Origin: Chiloscyllium plagiosum
Taxonomy: Eukaryota
Assembly: GCF_004010195.1 (NCBI RefSeq)
Contig: NC_057719.1
Coordinates: 9,857,775-9,921,774, forward strand
Reading direction: 5' to 3'
DNA: 64,000 nt
Part shown: positions 50,923 to 62,904 of the stretch, in pieces
Position numbering within the stretch: position 1 is the stretch's first letter
Layout: every line of letters begins with the position of its first letter
The notes under the pieces: generated by a model
Seen by the model: the letters and a program-made list of their open reading frames with translations, nothing else
Database searches by the model: none
What the model was told of the DNA's origin: nothing
Position numbers and translations under genes: made by a program

Positions 50923-51789
50923 TGTAATTGAACACAATAAATTAGTTTAAATAGCAAGGAGATTAAAGCTTAAGATACAGGAAGAAGACAAGCTGGTGGT
51001 TTTAAAATTAGTTTAAAATGGTGTGACTTGTTGGATTTTATTTTCTGTCTTTCTTACTCCTGCCATCAGATCGCTGATACCTCAATATTGCACTACTCAT
51101 GTGACACAGGAAACGAGTCTATGTGTGAAATCTACTCCTTTCTCCTTGATTAAAACAACACCTACTTTATGCAGTCAGTGGTACTTCCAGAACATAAGCT
51201 TTTGTCAGTCCCATAATTCCACACTCGAAAGGAAAGGGTTCTGAAAACACAGTCTCACAAGCACAGTTTTCAAGGCAGGACGATTTTGAAGACATCACAA
51301 ACAGCGGCAGCACCATTTTCTCCCATTTCCAATGAATAAAGAAACGATGGAGCAAACAATTCCTCCTACCCACCAAATCTACTCCACTCACTGTTCAGAT
51401 TGGATTATTCACCTGTGAGATGGTTTGTTTTTTTTTTTGGCTCGGGGCACTAAGGAATCCTAAAAAGAGTAGATCACATGCTCAGCCAAAAGGTGCACTT
51501 GGAGGAAAATTGCGAGTATACTCTGATAGCCTGAAGGCCAATGCATGTTCCCCACAACATCAACCTCTCTCCTTGACAGCCTGATTGCAAAATCAACCCC
51601 TGAGGTTCTGTCTCCCGAATCTTACAGGGAGAAAAAAATAAAACACAGCTCAATCTATTTTCTCAAAGCTCTCAGAATGGATATCAATTCAGCCGTCAGG
51701 TAGCCAATGAATGTTTTGGTTAGATAATGTCCTCGGAACCTCGGAATGTGTCAAACGCTTCACACTCAGGGAAGTTGTTTTGGCGTATA

Positions 51790-52265
51790 TAGAGTCATAG
51801 AGCTGCACGGCACAGAAACAGACACTTCAGTCCAACTCGTCCATGCCGAACAGATATCCTAAATTAATCTAGTCCCCATTTGCCTGCACTCTGCCCATAT
51901 TCCTCTCAACTCTTCCTGTTCATATACCCATCCAGATGCCTTTTCAATGTTGCAGTTGTACCAGCCTCCACCACATCCTCTGGCAGCTCATTCCACACAT
52001 GCACCACACCCTGCATGAAAAAGTTGGCCGTTAGGTCCCTTTTAAATTTTTCCCTTCTCACCCTAAACCTATACCCTCTAGTTTTGAACTCCCCCACCCC
52101 ATGCAAAAACGCCTTGTCTATTTACCCTATACATGCCCCTTATGATTTTATAAACCTCTATAAATTCCCCATTCAGTCTCCAGGGACAACAAGGCCTGTC
52201 TATTCAACCTCTCCCTATAGTTCAAACCCTCCATCCCCGGCAACATCCTTGTAAATTGTTTCTGA
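51790..52265 (-). mobile_element. CR1 3' fragment
   Basis: Minus ORF TRGYRFRVRREKFKRDL...WNELPEDVVEAG. Confidence 0.88.
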
Positions 52266-53141
52266 GACTGTTATTGCCTGGGACTTTTCCAGAATCTAGA
52301 ATTCTTGGAAGATTACCACCAGCTAAACCACTTTCTCTCTCTAACTCTGTAGCCACCCTAGGCTGCAACCCATCAGTTACTGAGGTAATGTTGGAAATGT
52401 TGCAGCCATTTTGTCACAGCAAGCTCCCATGAAAGCCATGCATGAGGGAGCAATCAGTCTGTTGTAGTAATCGTTGATGTTGGGATGTTCACTGCTCACT
52501 GAAAGAGAGACAACTTCACACCTCACAGCACTTCGTGAACTTGGGAGAATTCTTTTACCCTCTTTTCTAATTTTTTTGGGGCTTATTAATGTTTCTGCTA
52601 TCTGTTACTTAATTACCAAGTTAACTGGCTTGCTTCATTTAACCCTGTTATTTATTTTGAGGTTGAGTACTGTGCCTTCTTTCTGCATTCTGGTGAGACC
52701 TGTTTCTTTCCACGGAGTAATGGCAGCTTTTCTTTTTTGTTTTTGGTTCCCCACTGTCAGTTTTATCTTAGCTAAGACACATGTGGTTATTTAATTTAGG
52801 TTTATTTACTAAGTCATTGATGAGGTGACAGTCCAATTAATACATTGTCGATAAAGAAAGTGTTTGACAATACTTCATTCAAAACATCCCATCCTTTACC
52901 AGCAGGTTCTGTTCACCCATTTCCCCTCTCCCCACTAAACCTCTTCCCCTCCCAGTCTCATTAACTCTTCCCATCAGACATTCCTTAAAAACAAACTCTT
53001 TGTCCAAGTTTTTTTTGAACTGCCCTAACACAGTGTCAGAGTTGTTATAATGCAGAAGGAGGCCATCTGGCCTATTGAGCTGGCACCAGTTCTATTACCT
53101 GGAGCCAATCTCTGCCCTTTTCCCAATATCACTACACACCA

Positions 53142-53447
53142 GGGGTGGCACGGTGGCTCAGTGGTCAGCACAGCTGCCTCACAGCGCCAGGGACTTGGGC
53201 TTGATTCCAGCGTTGGGTGACTAGTTGCTTGGAGTTTCCTCCAATGGTCCAAAGATGTGTAGGTTATGTGAATTGGTGATGCTAAATTGCCCATGGATGT
53301 GCAGGCTAGGGAGGTTAAGAGTTAGGGAAATGCAGAGGATCAGGGATGGGGGGGGGGGGGGGGGGGCAGATCTGGGTGGGATGCTCTTTGGAGGGCTGGT
53401 GCGAACTTGATGGGCCAAATTGCCAGCTTCCACACTGCAGGGATTCT
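53142..53447 (+). mobile_element. HE1-type SINE with an internal G run
   Basis: ggggtggcacggtggctcagtgg head, poly-G at about 53348-53367. Confidence 0.85.
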
Positions 53448-53683
53448 TTGATTTTTATCCAAACGATCATCCAATGCCCTCTTGAATTCCTCAGTTGAAC
53501 CTGCGTCTACCACAGCTCAGGGCAGTGTATTCCATCCTCTAACTACTTGCTATTTGGGGAAAAATGTTTTCTCCTATCATTCTTGCTTCAGTTGTGCAGC
53601 ACTTCAAACCGACCCCCTCTCATTCGTGTTCCTTTTCTGAGTGGAAACATCTTCTCCTTAACGATTCTGTCCAACGTGTCCTA

Positions 53684-53935
53684 GACAAAAAAGCCCAAAG
53701 AACAGCTGATGCTGGGAATCAAAACCTCTCTTTTCTCTCTGGGCTCCACCTCCACCTACCATTTACTCCTTCCCAATTCCCTCCATACCTTCTCTAGCAT
53801 ATATACCAACCTTTTCTTCAATACAATCAGTTCTGAAGAAGTATCACTGGATCAGAGATGTTAACTCTGCTTTCTCCCCACAGATGCTGCCTGACTTGCT
53901 GAATTTTTTTCAGCAATTTCTTATTTTGTTTCTCA
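53684..53935 (+). mobile_element. Penelope-derived element (family D)
   Basis: cagttctgaagaagtatcactggatcagagatgttaactctg...cagatgctgcctgacttgctg. The hammerhead core is decayed. Confidence 0.7.
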
Positions 53936-54268
53936 TTCCTGAGTCCAATCTTGGAAATCACTTCTTTCCAATACATTCACAAATTTACCATAACTTAGTG
54001 CCCACAACACTTTGCCTGATGTAGGTTTGCTTGCTGAGCTGGAAGGTTCATTTCCAGACATTTCGTCACCATACTAGGTAACATCTTCAGTGGGCCTCCA
54101 GGTGAAGCACTGCTACTGATTCCTACTTTCTATTTATATATCCCATCTACCACCCCCTGAGAAGAAGAACAGAAAATGATATCACCACAGGAAATGAAAT
54201 CACCAACCCAAAGAAACCCAAAAATACAAACAGAAAGCAGGAATCAGTAGCAGTGCTTTGTCTGAGGC

Positions 54269-54308
54269 CTGCTGAAGATGTTACCTAGCATGGTGACGAA
54301 ACGTCTGG
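54269..54308 (+). ncRNA. Minimal type-I hammerhead ribozyme-like motif
   Basis: CTGAAGA(54272-54278)-t-GTTACC tagcat GGTGAC-GAAA-CG-TC(54305). Confidence 0.65.
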
Positions 54309-54319
54309 AAATGAACCTT

Positions 54320-54412
54320 TTTAGATTAGATTTTAGATTAGATTAGATTACAGTGTGGAAACCTCTGGCGCTGTGAGGCAGCAGTGCTAACCACTGTGCC
54401 ACCGTGCCGCCA
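54320..54412 (-). mobile_element. Internally deleted mini-HE1 SINE
   Basis: About 50 nt of head fused to the 3' tail. TSD aacctt (54314-54319 / 54413-54418). Confidence 0.8.
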
Positions 54413-54525
54413 AACCTTCTAGCTCAGTGAGCAAACCTACATCCAGAACATCAACCTGAGCTACAAATCTTCTCAAAACTGAGGTGTAACAAGTGTTTTG
54501 TATGAGTTCAAAAGATTTCTGTGCT

Positions 54526-54818
54526 CACAGAATCCCTACAGTATGGAAACAGACCATTCAGCCCATTGAGTCCATTCTGACCCGGTGAAGAGCATCCCAT
54601 CTTGTCCCTGCACTTCCCTGGACACCATGAGTAATTTAGCATGGCCAATCCACCCTGGCCTGTACATCTTTGAACTGTGGGAGGAAACCAGAGCAACCCC
54701 ACGCAGTCATGGGGAGAATGTGTAAACTCCACACAGACAGTCGCCTGAGGCTGGAATCAAATCCAGGTCCCTGGCGCTGTGAGGTAGCTGTGCTAACCAT
54801 TGAGCCACAGTACCATGC
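54526..54818 (-). mobile_element. HE1-type SINE
   Basis: Matches the other copies tail to head. Confidence 0.85.
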
Positions 54819-55517
54819 TTTTGTACGCTATGCCTCTATTAGTAAAGCTGAGGATGCTATCGCTTTATTAACTGCTCTCTCCAACAGTCCTGCTGCCTTC
54901 AATGATCTGTGTACATACACACAGTGGTTTCTCTGCTCCTGCACCCCTTTTCAAATTGTGCCCTCTAATTTATATTGTCTTTTAATGTTGTTTTGACCAA
55001 AGTGCATCACCTCAGGTGAACTAGGAACAAATTAAGCACCTGTGCATTTTTCAACAGGCTAAAGATGCGATACAAATGATGGCAGTTATTCATTTATCAA
55101 GACAAAAGGCAGAGTTGGATAAATTCTGGATAAGCTAGGGTGTGAAAAGTTATTGGTATAGGCGTGGGTATGCAGTAATCAAATTACCAGTGATCTTGGT
55201 AAATAGCATGGATTCAAGGGACCAAATGGATGACTCCTGCTCGGAATTACAAATAGATAAGGACCGCTGTCAATGTTACATTTCACAAAAGTGGCATTCA
55301 TTCAACAGCTGCACAGTAATGTTATTATAACCAATTTGAAAGGGAAACAAAGAGGTTTCTCTAGATTTTATTCAGATGGCCTGATGTGGCAGTTTAAAAG
55401 CTTCTAATCAACCTTCTCAGAGATGTTATTACATACATCTAGAGATCAGTGGGCACATGAACCCAACCTTCCTGCTCCAGAGGTAGAGACATTACTACTA
55501 TGCCACAAGAGCCCATG

Positions 55518-55735
55518 ATTTGGAGACACCTGGGTTGGACTGGGGTGTACAAAGTTAAAAAAAATCACACAACACCAGGTTATAGTCCAACGGGTTCATT
55601 TGGAAGCACTAGCTTTCAGAGCGCTGCTCCTTCATCAGATGGTTGTGACAATCACCTGACGAAGGAGCGGCGCTCCAAAAGCTAGTGCTTCCAAATGAAC
55701 CCATTGGACTATAACCTGGTGTTGTGTCATTTTTA
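55518..55735. mobile_element. Palindromic Penelope-derived element (family B)
   Basis: Arms of about 90 bp and an exact 13-bp TSD acaagagcccatg (55505-55517 / 55736-55748). Confidence 0.9.
55607..55641 (-). ncRNA. Minimal type-I hammerhead ribozyme-like motif on the NRXN3-sense strand
   Basis: Minus strand reads cat-CTGATGA-a-GGAGC agc GCTCT-GAAA-GC-TA-gtg, with stem I cat/gtg. Confidence 0.65.
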
Positions 55736-55813
55736 ACAAGAGCCCATGTTGAGGTTAACACTCCATTCACCAGCTTCAGCTGACACTGTGTGGACTACTG
55801 TAATTCATATAAA

Positions 55814-56097
55814 GTCATAGAATCTCTAGAGTGTAGAAACAGGCCATTTGGCCCAAGTTCACACCAACCCTCCGAAGAGTAACCCACCCAGGCCCATTCC
55901 CCCACCCTATCATTCTACACCCTATGACTAATGCACCCAACCTACAAATCCCTGGAGGAAACCAGAGCACCCGGAGGAAAACCACGCGGAAACAGGGAGA
56001 ACGTGTAAACTCCACACAGACAGTCACCCGAGGTGGAATTGAACCCAGGTCTCTGGGGCTGTGATGCAGCAATGCTAACCACTGAGCCACCACACTG
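55814..56097 (-). mobile_element. HE1-type SINE
   Basis: Tail gtcatagaatc to head gctaaccactgagccacc. Confidence 0.85.
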
Positions 56098-56972
56098 CCC
56101 AGTGATGCTATGAGGACTGGAGCTCTTGGGGTCAAACTTGTAGACAATAGCCTATTTCAAAAGTCCTTAATTGACAATAAATATTTTACTGATGAGGGAG
56201 TAAAGAGTTATGGGGACAGGCAACAAAAACACCATTAAGGCCACAATCAGGTCAGCCATGACCTTTTTGAATCGTGTGGCAGGTTTAAGTGGATGAATGG
56301 TCTACTCTTATCTTCTAACTCATTTGTTGGGTAGTGTTGTAGAATAGAGCGACCTAGGGGTTCAGGTACATAATTTGTGGAAGTTTGCATCGTAGGTAGA
56401 CAGGATGGTTAAGATGATGTCAGGCACGCTTGCCTTTATTGCTCAGACCTTTGCATATGAGTTGTGATGTCATGTTGAGGTTGTACAGGACATTGGTGAG
56501 GCCTCTTCTGGTGAGTAAGAAGAATAACACATTGAGTGGCAGTCTCTAGCAGTGTCCTGAAGGGCCAGTGGTTTTGTTAACAATTGTCCAAGATTAATGG
56601 CCCCTGTACCAAGTGCTGAGGTGAACTGCTGAAGGAAGTTGGAAAGGGGACCTCAAAGAGGAGGTCGGTTTGCATACACAAGGGATCCAACACTCGTTTA
56701 GGCCACAATCGTCACACAAGAGCCTTTGCCAGTTGGCACATTTCTGGGTGGGAGATGGTAATGCTTTATGTGCATGCTGCCCACCTTATTGGACCCATAC
56801 ATGTCAGCTTTCCAGCCTGCAAAACAGGTATCACCAAACATCAGCATTAAAAAAAACATTTGGGCAATTAAAAAGGGGAAGATGCACTTTGCTAAAACTG
56901 GGACTGTGATCCTTCCTATCAAAGAATATTTTATATATACACATATCTAAAACAGTCACTATTCAGTTCCTT

Positions 56973-57062
56973 GTCGAGAGTGTGATGCTGGAAAAGCACA
57001 GCAGGTCAGACAGCATCCGAGGAGCGGAAGAATCAATATTTCGGGCAAAAGCCTTTCATCAG
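56973..57062 (-). mobile_element. Penelope-derived family A arm, followed by an HE1 SINE (57067-57316, +)
   Basis: Minus strand reads CTGATGA-aa-GGC tttt GCC-c-GAAATATT. Confidence 0.75.
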
Positions 57063-60000
57063 AGCTTGGTTCAGTTCCAGCCTTAGGTGACTATCTGTGT
57101 GGAGTTTACACTTTCTCCTATAGTTTGCTCCATTTTCCTCCCACCGTCCAAGATGTGCAGGCTTGGTGGATTGGCTGTGCTAAATTGCTCATAGTGTCCA
57201 AGGATACCTAAACTAGGTGGATTAGCCATAGTAAATGCAGAGTAACACAGATAGGTTGTATCTGGTTGGGATGGTCAGTATGGGCTGAATGGCCTGCTTC
57301 CACAAATGGGATTCTAAGTAGCTGAACTGATTGATTCTGCCACAATTAGATATAAAAGCAAAAGTACTTCTACCTGCAATTTTAAACTTATTCAAGTGAG
57401 TGGAAGCACAGCTGCCTTCATATAATCTCTTCAACTATGCACTTTACACATTCTAGAGACCTGGTTTTGAGTGGAAGAGTACTGATCGACACAAAGAAAC
57501 TGAAAATGAGGTAAGATGGAGCAGAGAACAAGGCTAAAGTAAGGAATATTTGCCAAATGTTTGCCCATTCATATCAGCTATGAAAATCTCCGTATTCCCT
57601 CTCAAATTGCCTTTCCACCTTAAAAGAGTCACATCAGATTCAAACTGTGAACTGTGTTTCTTTCCCCATAGATGCTTCCAGATCTGCTGAGTTTTCCCAG
57701 CATGTTCTGTTTTTATTTCAGATCTCCAGCATCTGCAGGTTTTCAATTTTAGAGTAATCCAGAGATCCAAGTGAATATATCTGGGAACACAAGCTCAAAT
57801 CTCACCAGGTTGGAAGAGTGTAATTTAAATTTGATTTGAAAATTGGGATTATGCAGCTATTCTCTACAATGGTGACCATCAGAGTGATCAGTAATTGTGG
57901 TGAAAACCCATCTGCTTCATAAATGTCTGTTTTAGAGAAGGGCATCTGCTACCATTACTGGATGACCTTGTCTACAAGTGATTTTAAAACCGCAGAAATG
58001 TGGTTGGCCGTTAACTACACACTGCAGCAACCTTGAAAACCATTCAGTCAAAAGCAATTAAATATGGGCAAGAAGCACTGGCGATGCCTGTGTCTTGTGA
58101 AAGAATAAAGAAAATGTTAGATATAACTGAGTAAAAAGTCACCAGTGTGGAATTGACACTGCTGCCCTCTTACTAACTCACCACAACTCTTGTTGCTTTC
58201 CTTATCCATTCAAGGATGTGAATGTTACTGGCTAGATCACCACATATTGCCATACCCTAATTGCCCTTGTGATGATTAGCTACCTTCTTCAGCTGCTGGA
58301 GTGCCTGGATTACAGGATGAGCCACAGTGTTGTTAAGAAAGGAGTTCCAGATGTTGATTCAGCAACAGTGAATGAATACCAGTTTGTTTCTAAATCAGAA
58401 ACAGAAATTGCTGGAGAGACTCAGTAGGTCTCACAGAATCGGTAGAGAAAGCACAGCAAATAATTTGAGTCCAGCAACTCTCCTTCAGAATGTTCAGCAT
58501 CTATTATACAATGACACACAGGTCCCATTGCACCTCTCCCTTTCCCAATCTATCACCATTCAGATAATAATCTGTCTTCCTACTTTTTGCCAGCAAAGTG
58601 GACAACCTCACATTTATCAATGTTTTACGTCATCTGCCATATGTTTATCCACTCACATACTGGAGACCTACAGCCAACCTACATTCAACTATGGTTTTAT
58701 ATTCAAGCACGTGTTCAGTTCATTTGTTCTCCATTGTGAGCATTGTTGATACAGTTATCTATTACCCTATTTGGAGTTACTTACAGTAGGATCTGCTTGG
58801 CCTTCTCCTTAGATATCTCTGGCATTTTCCCTAAGGAATATGGATTTAATCTCCATCTCCAGCTAAGCAACGTCTGACCTTTGAGATTTCTTCATTTGAC
58901 TATGAGTGCCAAAGGATTCCAGAATACAAAGTGTCCATACAAAGATCCCTCAAAATACCAAGATACAAAATTGACCCAAGATGATTAATTTCACCTTCAA
59001 ACGAAAAACAAAATGTCAACGCAAAGACATAGAAGGACCAGGGACCAGCAGTCTCAAAGAATATTAAGTGCAATCTCGTTTCACTTCCTCAGAAATGTTA
59101 GAGAAGAAAACAATGAAAGTAAACAGTTGTAGAATGATTATTACCCATTTCTATTGTGTCCTTTCCTTAAAAAAAAATTATTAATCTGCTCAGCTTAACC
59201 TATATAGATGAGAGGCTATCACTTGGTAAAGCAACATGCAATTTAATTACATTTCACAGCTCCAAAAAGCAGCGCACGCTATCTTTGAACGTGAAATTGC
59301 TAATTTAAAGTACCCTTACAGCAAATCATGGGTGGCTTAATGTAAGATATAATGAAGTTGCAATGTGTATATCTGCTGAAACAAAACAAATTGCAAAACA
59401 AATCCCTATTTTTAATTACCCAAAATGGCAGAGAATGTGAAAAGTATTGAACACAGAACCAAATGCTTTGGCATCACTGAAATGCTTTTGAAGGGACATC
59501 ACTGTTAAAATATAGAGGATGTTTTTTTAATTATGGAATCTTTGGAATTTTCCAGCCTTGAGATGCTCAGTTTTCAAGCATGGTCAAGACTAAGGTTAGT
59601 ACATATTGGATTCTCAGGACATCATGGGAAATGTTGGGATAGGGAATTTGATCTGGATATAACTGAATGTCAAAGCAGACTCTATTGGCTATACCGTCAA
59701 TTACTACTCCTGTTTCTTACATTTTTAATTTTCATAAACTTACAGCTATCAACCCATTTTTATACTTCACTCTCTTGTTTGTGGAATCTAATCTATGCCA
59801 TCAATTTAGAATGTATCACGAACAGGTGAAGGGAGCGAAAAATGCAGAACAACAATACACGACTTCTGGCTCTGCAAAGAATGGGCCATTCTCTCCAATC
59901 GTGATTAACATTTATTGTGAACAACTACTTACTGTTAACCATTTTATTGTTAACAAACCTTTTGCAAAAAGGGCAAAATTTGTTTGGGAAAGTGTTCTGA

Positions 60001-60069
60001 AGTTACATCCCCAGGCCTTCAACAACTGTCACCAGTTACAGGTACATTGGATAAATAGTCAATAGTAAG

Positions 60070-61025
60070 AGTCAGTCATAGAGTCATAGAGATGTACAGC
60101 ATGGAAACAGACCCTTCAGTCCAACATGTCCATGCCGATCAGATATCCCAACCCAATCTAGTCCCACCTGCCAGCACCCAGCACATATCCCTCCAAACCT
60201 TTCCTATTCATATACTCATCCAAATGCCTTTTAAATGTTGCAATTGTACCAGCCTCCACCACTTCCTCTGGCAGCTCATTCCATACCTGTACCACCCTCT
60301 GTGTGAAAAAGTTGCCCCTTAGGTCTCTTTTATATCTTTCCCCTCTCACCCTAAACCTATGCCCTCTAGTTCTGGACTCCCCCATCCCAGGGAAAAGACT
60401 TTGTCTATTTACCCTATCCATGCTCCTCATAATTTTATAAACCTCTATAAGGTCACCCCTCAGCCTCCAATGCTCCAGGAAAAACAGCCCCAGCCTGTTC
60501 AGCCTCTCCCCATAGTTCAAATCCTCCAACCCTGGCAACATCCTTGTAAATCTTTTCCGAACCCTTTCAAGTTTCTCAACATCTTTCTGATAGGAAGGAG
60601 ACCAGAACTGCACACAATATTCCAACAGTGGCCTAACCAATGTCCTGTATGGCCGCAACATGACCTCCCAACTCATGTACTCAATACTCTGACTAATAAA
60701 AGAAAGCATACCAAACGCCTTCTTCACTATCCTACCTACCTGTGACTCCACTTTCAAAGACCTGTTAACCTGCACGCCAAGATCTCTTTGTTCAGCAACA
60801 CTCTATAGGCAAAAGTGAGGACTGCAGATGCTGGAAACCACAGTTTAGATCATTATGTTGCTGGAAAAGCACAGCAGGTCAGGCAGCATCCGAGGAGCAG
60901 GATAATCGACGTTCCGGGCAAAAGCCCGATTCCTGATGAAGGGCTTTTGCCCAAAATGTCGATTTTCCTGCTCCTCAGATGCAATCAACACTCTATAGGA
61001 CCTTACCATTAAGTGTATAAGTACT
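60070..61025 (-). mobile_element. CR1 3' portion, young
   Basis: Uninterrupted 205-aa minus ORF (60158-60775) with LLEYCVQFWSP...FFTQRVVQVWNELP and a (ctatgact)n tail. Confidence 0.92.
60810..60985. mobile_element. Penelope-derived family A element inserted in the CR1
   Basis: Partial palindrome with cctgatgaagggcttttgcccaaaatgtc and an exact 14-bp TSD caacactctatagg (60796-60809 / 60986-60999). Confidence 0.88.
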
Positions 61026-62268
61026 GCGGAGTCCCTTCTTTTTATGTAAAAATATTCTTAGTTCTCCATTGTAAGTTGACCTCTGACATTTGGACCAACA
61101 TCCTTAATTTTTCACATACTTTGTACTGGTTTTGGCAGGAATAGCCTTTCTCCCCCGCCTCACAATTGCTCCTTTTTGAAATTGTCATCTGAAATAGATC
61201 ACTGGACAGCTCTCCTGGCTGAATTCAGCACCATGACCAGCGACCACCAAGGCTTCATCATTATCGGCAGTTCCCAAAACCCGGTTGAATTTAAACTCCT
61301 TGGGAATGTAGCTCAGGCATTAGTTAACTAACAATTTGGTTTTGAAAACTCAGCTTTTACATGCGTATATATTAGTTGGGTCATACAATAATACATGAAA
61401 TAATTAGATGAAGTCCTCATGTTGAACATAGCAGTGGCGAAGAAAAGGTTGAACTCTCTGAAAGTTATCTTTATTTTAAATTAATGAGTATGGTGTCGAT
61501 GCAAAGCGATAGTACACACTTTTCACTGTATTTTACATTGAATACGTGTGACAATAAATAATTCAATGAATTCGAATGGATCACCTGAGGAAATTGTCCA
61601 GCAATAATCCATTGTAACTTCAATACACAGAGCAGAAATAAAGAGGATCTGCATTTATACAGCACCTTTCACAACACTGGTTGCTTGATGCCTACAATAT
61701 GCATATTAATGCATAAAACAGGTGAGATGCTGATCATTCAGCCCCTTCTCAAATTGCTCCCCCCTCCCCAGCCCGCGCAGTTCTGGACACATCCACGAGT
61801 GGAATAATTCTTTCCAGGTTCACCTCATCAAGATTATTCACCACTGACTCTTCTAAACTCCAGTGGAATTACAGCCCAGCCAGTCCACCCTATCCTCATA
61901 AGGTAACTCCCTTGCTCCAAGTACTAATCGAGTAAATTTCCTCTGAACTGCATGTGACACATTTACATACTGCTTTAGATAACCAGACCAAAACTACACA
62001 GAGTACTCATGATGTGGTCTCTCTTATATCCTATATAACTGAAGCATTTCACATCCTTTGTTTTCTGTTCAATTCCCCTCATAAGAAAGCAAGGCATCCC
62101 ATTAGACTGCTTGATTACATTCTGTACCTTTATATTAACATTTTCTGATATGGAGCACCTAAATCCCTCTGCACCTCGGTTTTCCACAGTTCATCTCTGT
62201 TTTCCCCAGCTGCCAGATCTTTGACCACTAACTCAACCTACCTTCTTCATCAAGTACTTTCCTACCTG

Positions 62269-62590
62269 AGTGGCACAGTGGCTAAGTGGTTAGCACTATT
62301 GCCTCAAAGCACCAGGGACCTGGGTTCGATTCCAGCCTTGGGCAACTGTCTGTGTGGTGTCTGCATGTTCTCCCCGTGCCTGTGTGGGTTTCCTCTGCGT
62401 GCTCCAGTTTCCTCCCACAGTCACAAAGATGTGCAGGCCATGTCAAGTTGCCCACAGTGTTCAGGTGCATTAGTCAGGGGTAAATGTAGAGTAATAAGGG
62501 AGGGGAATGGGTCTGGGTGGGATACCCCTTGGAGGGTCAGTATGGACTTGTTGGGCAGAAGAGACTGTTTCCGCACTGTAGTGATTCTAC
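62269..62590 (+). mobile_element. HE1-type SINE
   Basis: tggcacagtggctaagtggttagc head and ggttcgattcc B box. Confidence 0.87.
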
Positions 62591-62904
62591 CTAGCTTTGT
62601 GTCATCTGGAAATCTCACTACTGAGCTTTAATGCCCCTCAGCTAATTCATCAATGGGATTTGTTAAAAATCTGTGGCCTCAGCATAGACCTTTGCTGCAT
62701 GATAGGACACACAGGACAAACTTGTGGAGAACAAGCTCCACTTAACCTCAATGTAAGAATGACTTGATAATCTGCTATGGGATGTTGTCTGAGGAATAAT
62801 TGGCCTGAACACCAGGGAGTACTCCATTACTATTCTTTAAAGTTGTACCGCATGGTCTTTATTTTCGCCTGCCTGAGATGGTAGCTGTCTCCGCTGAAAG
62901 ATGC

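Larger units (their letters stand above)
54018..54480. mobile_element. Palindromic Penelope-derived element (family C) with a hammerhead core on each strand
   Basis: Arms gatgtaggtttgc...tcctactttc and gaaagcaggaatc...gcaaacctacatc. The right arm is interrupted by a mini-SINE. Confidence 0.85.

Noticed and set aside
56500..56520. Strong donor-like ctgGTGAGT as a plus-strand exon end
   Set aside because: It lies at the edge of a decayed CR1 fragment, with no supporting acceptor or non-repeat frame.
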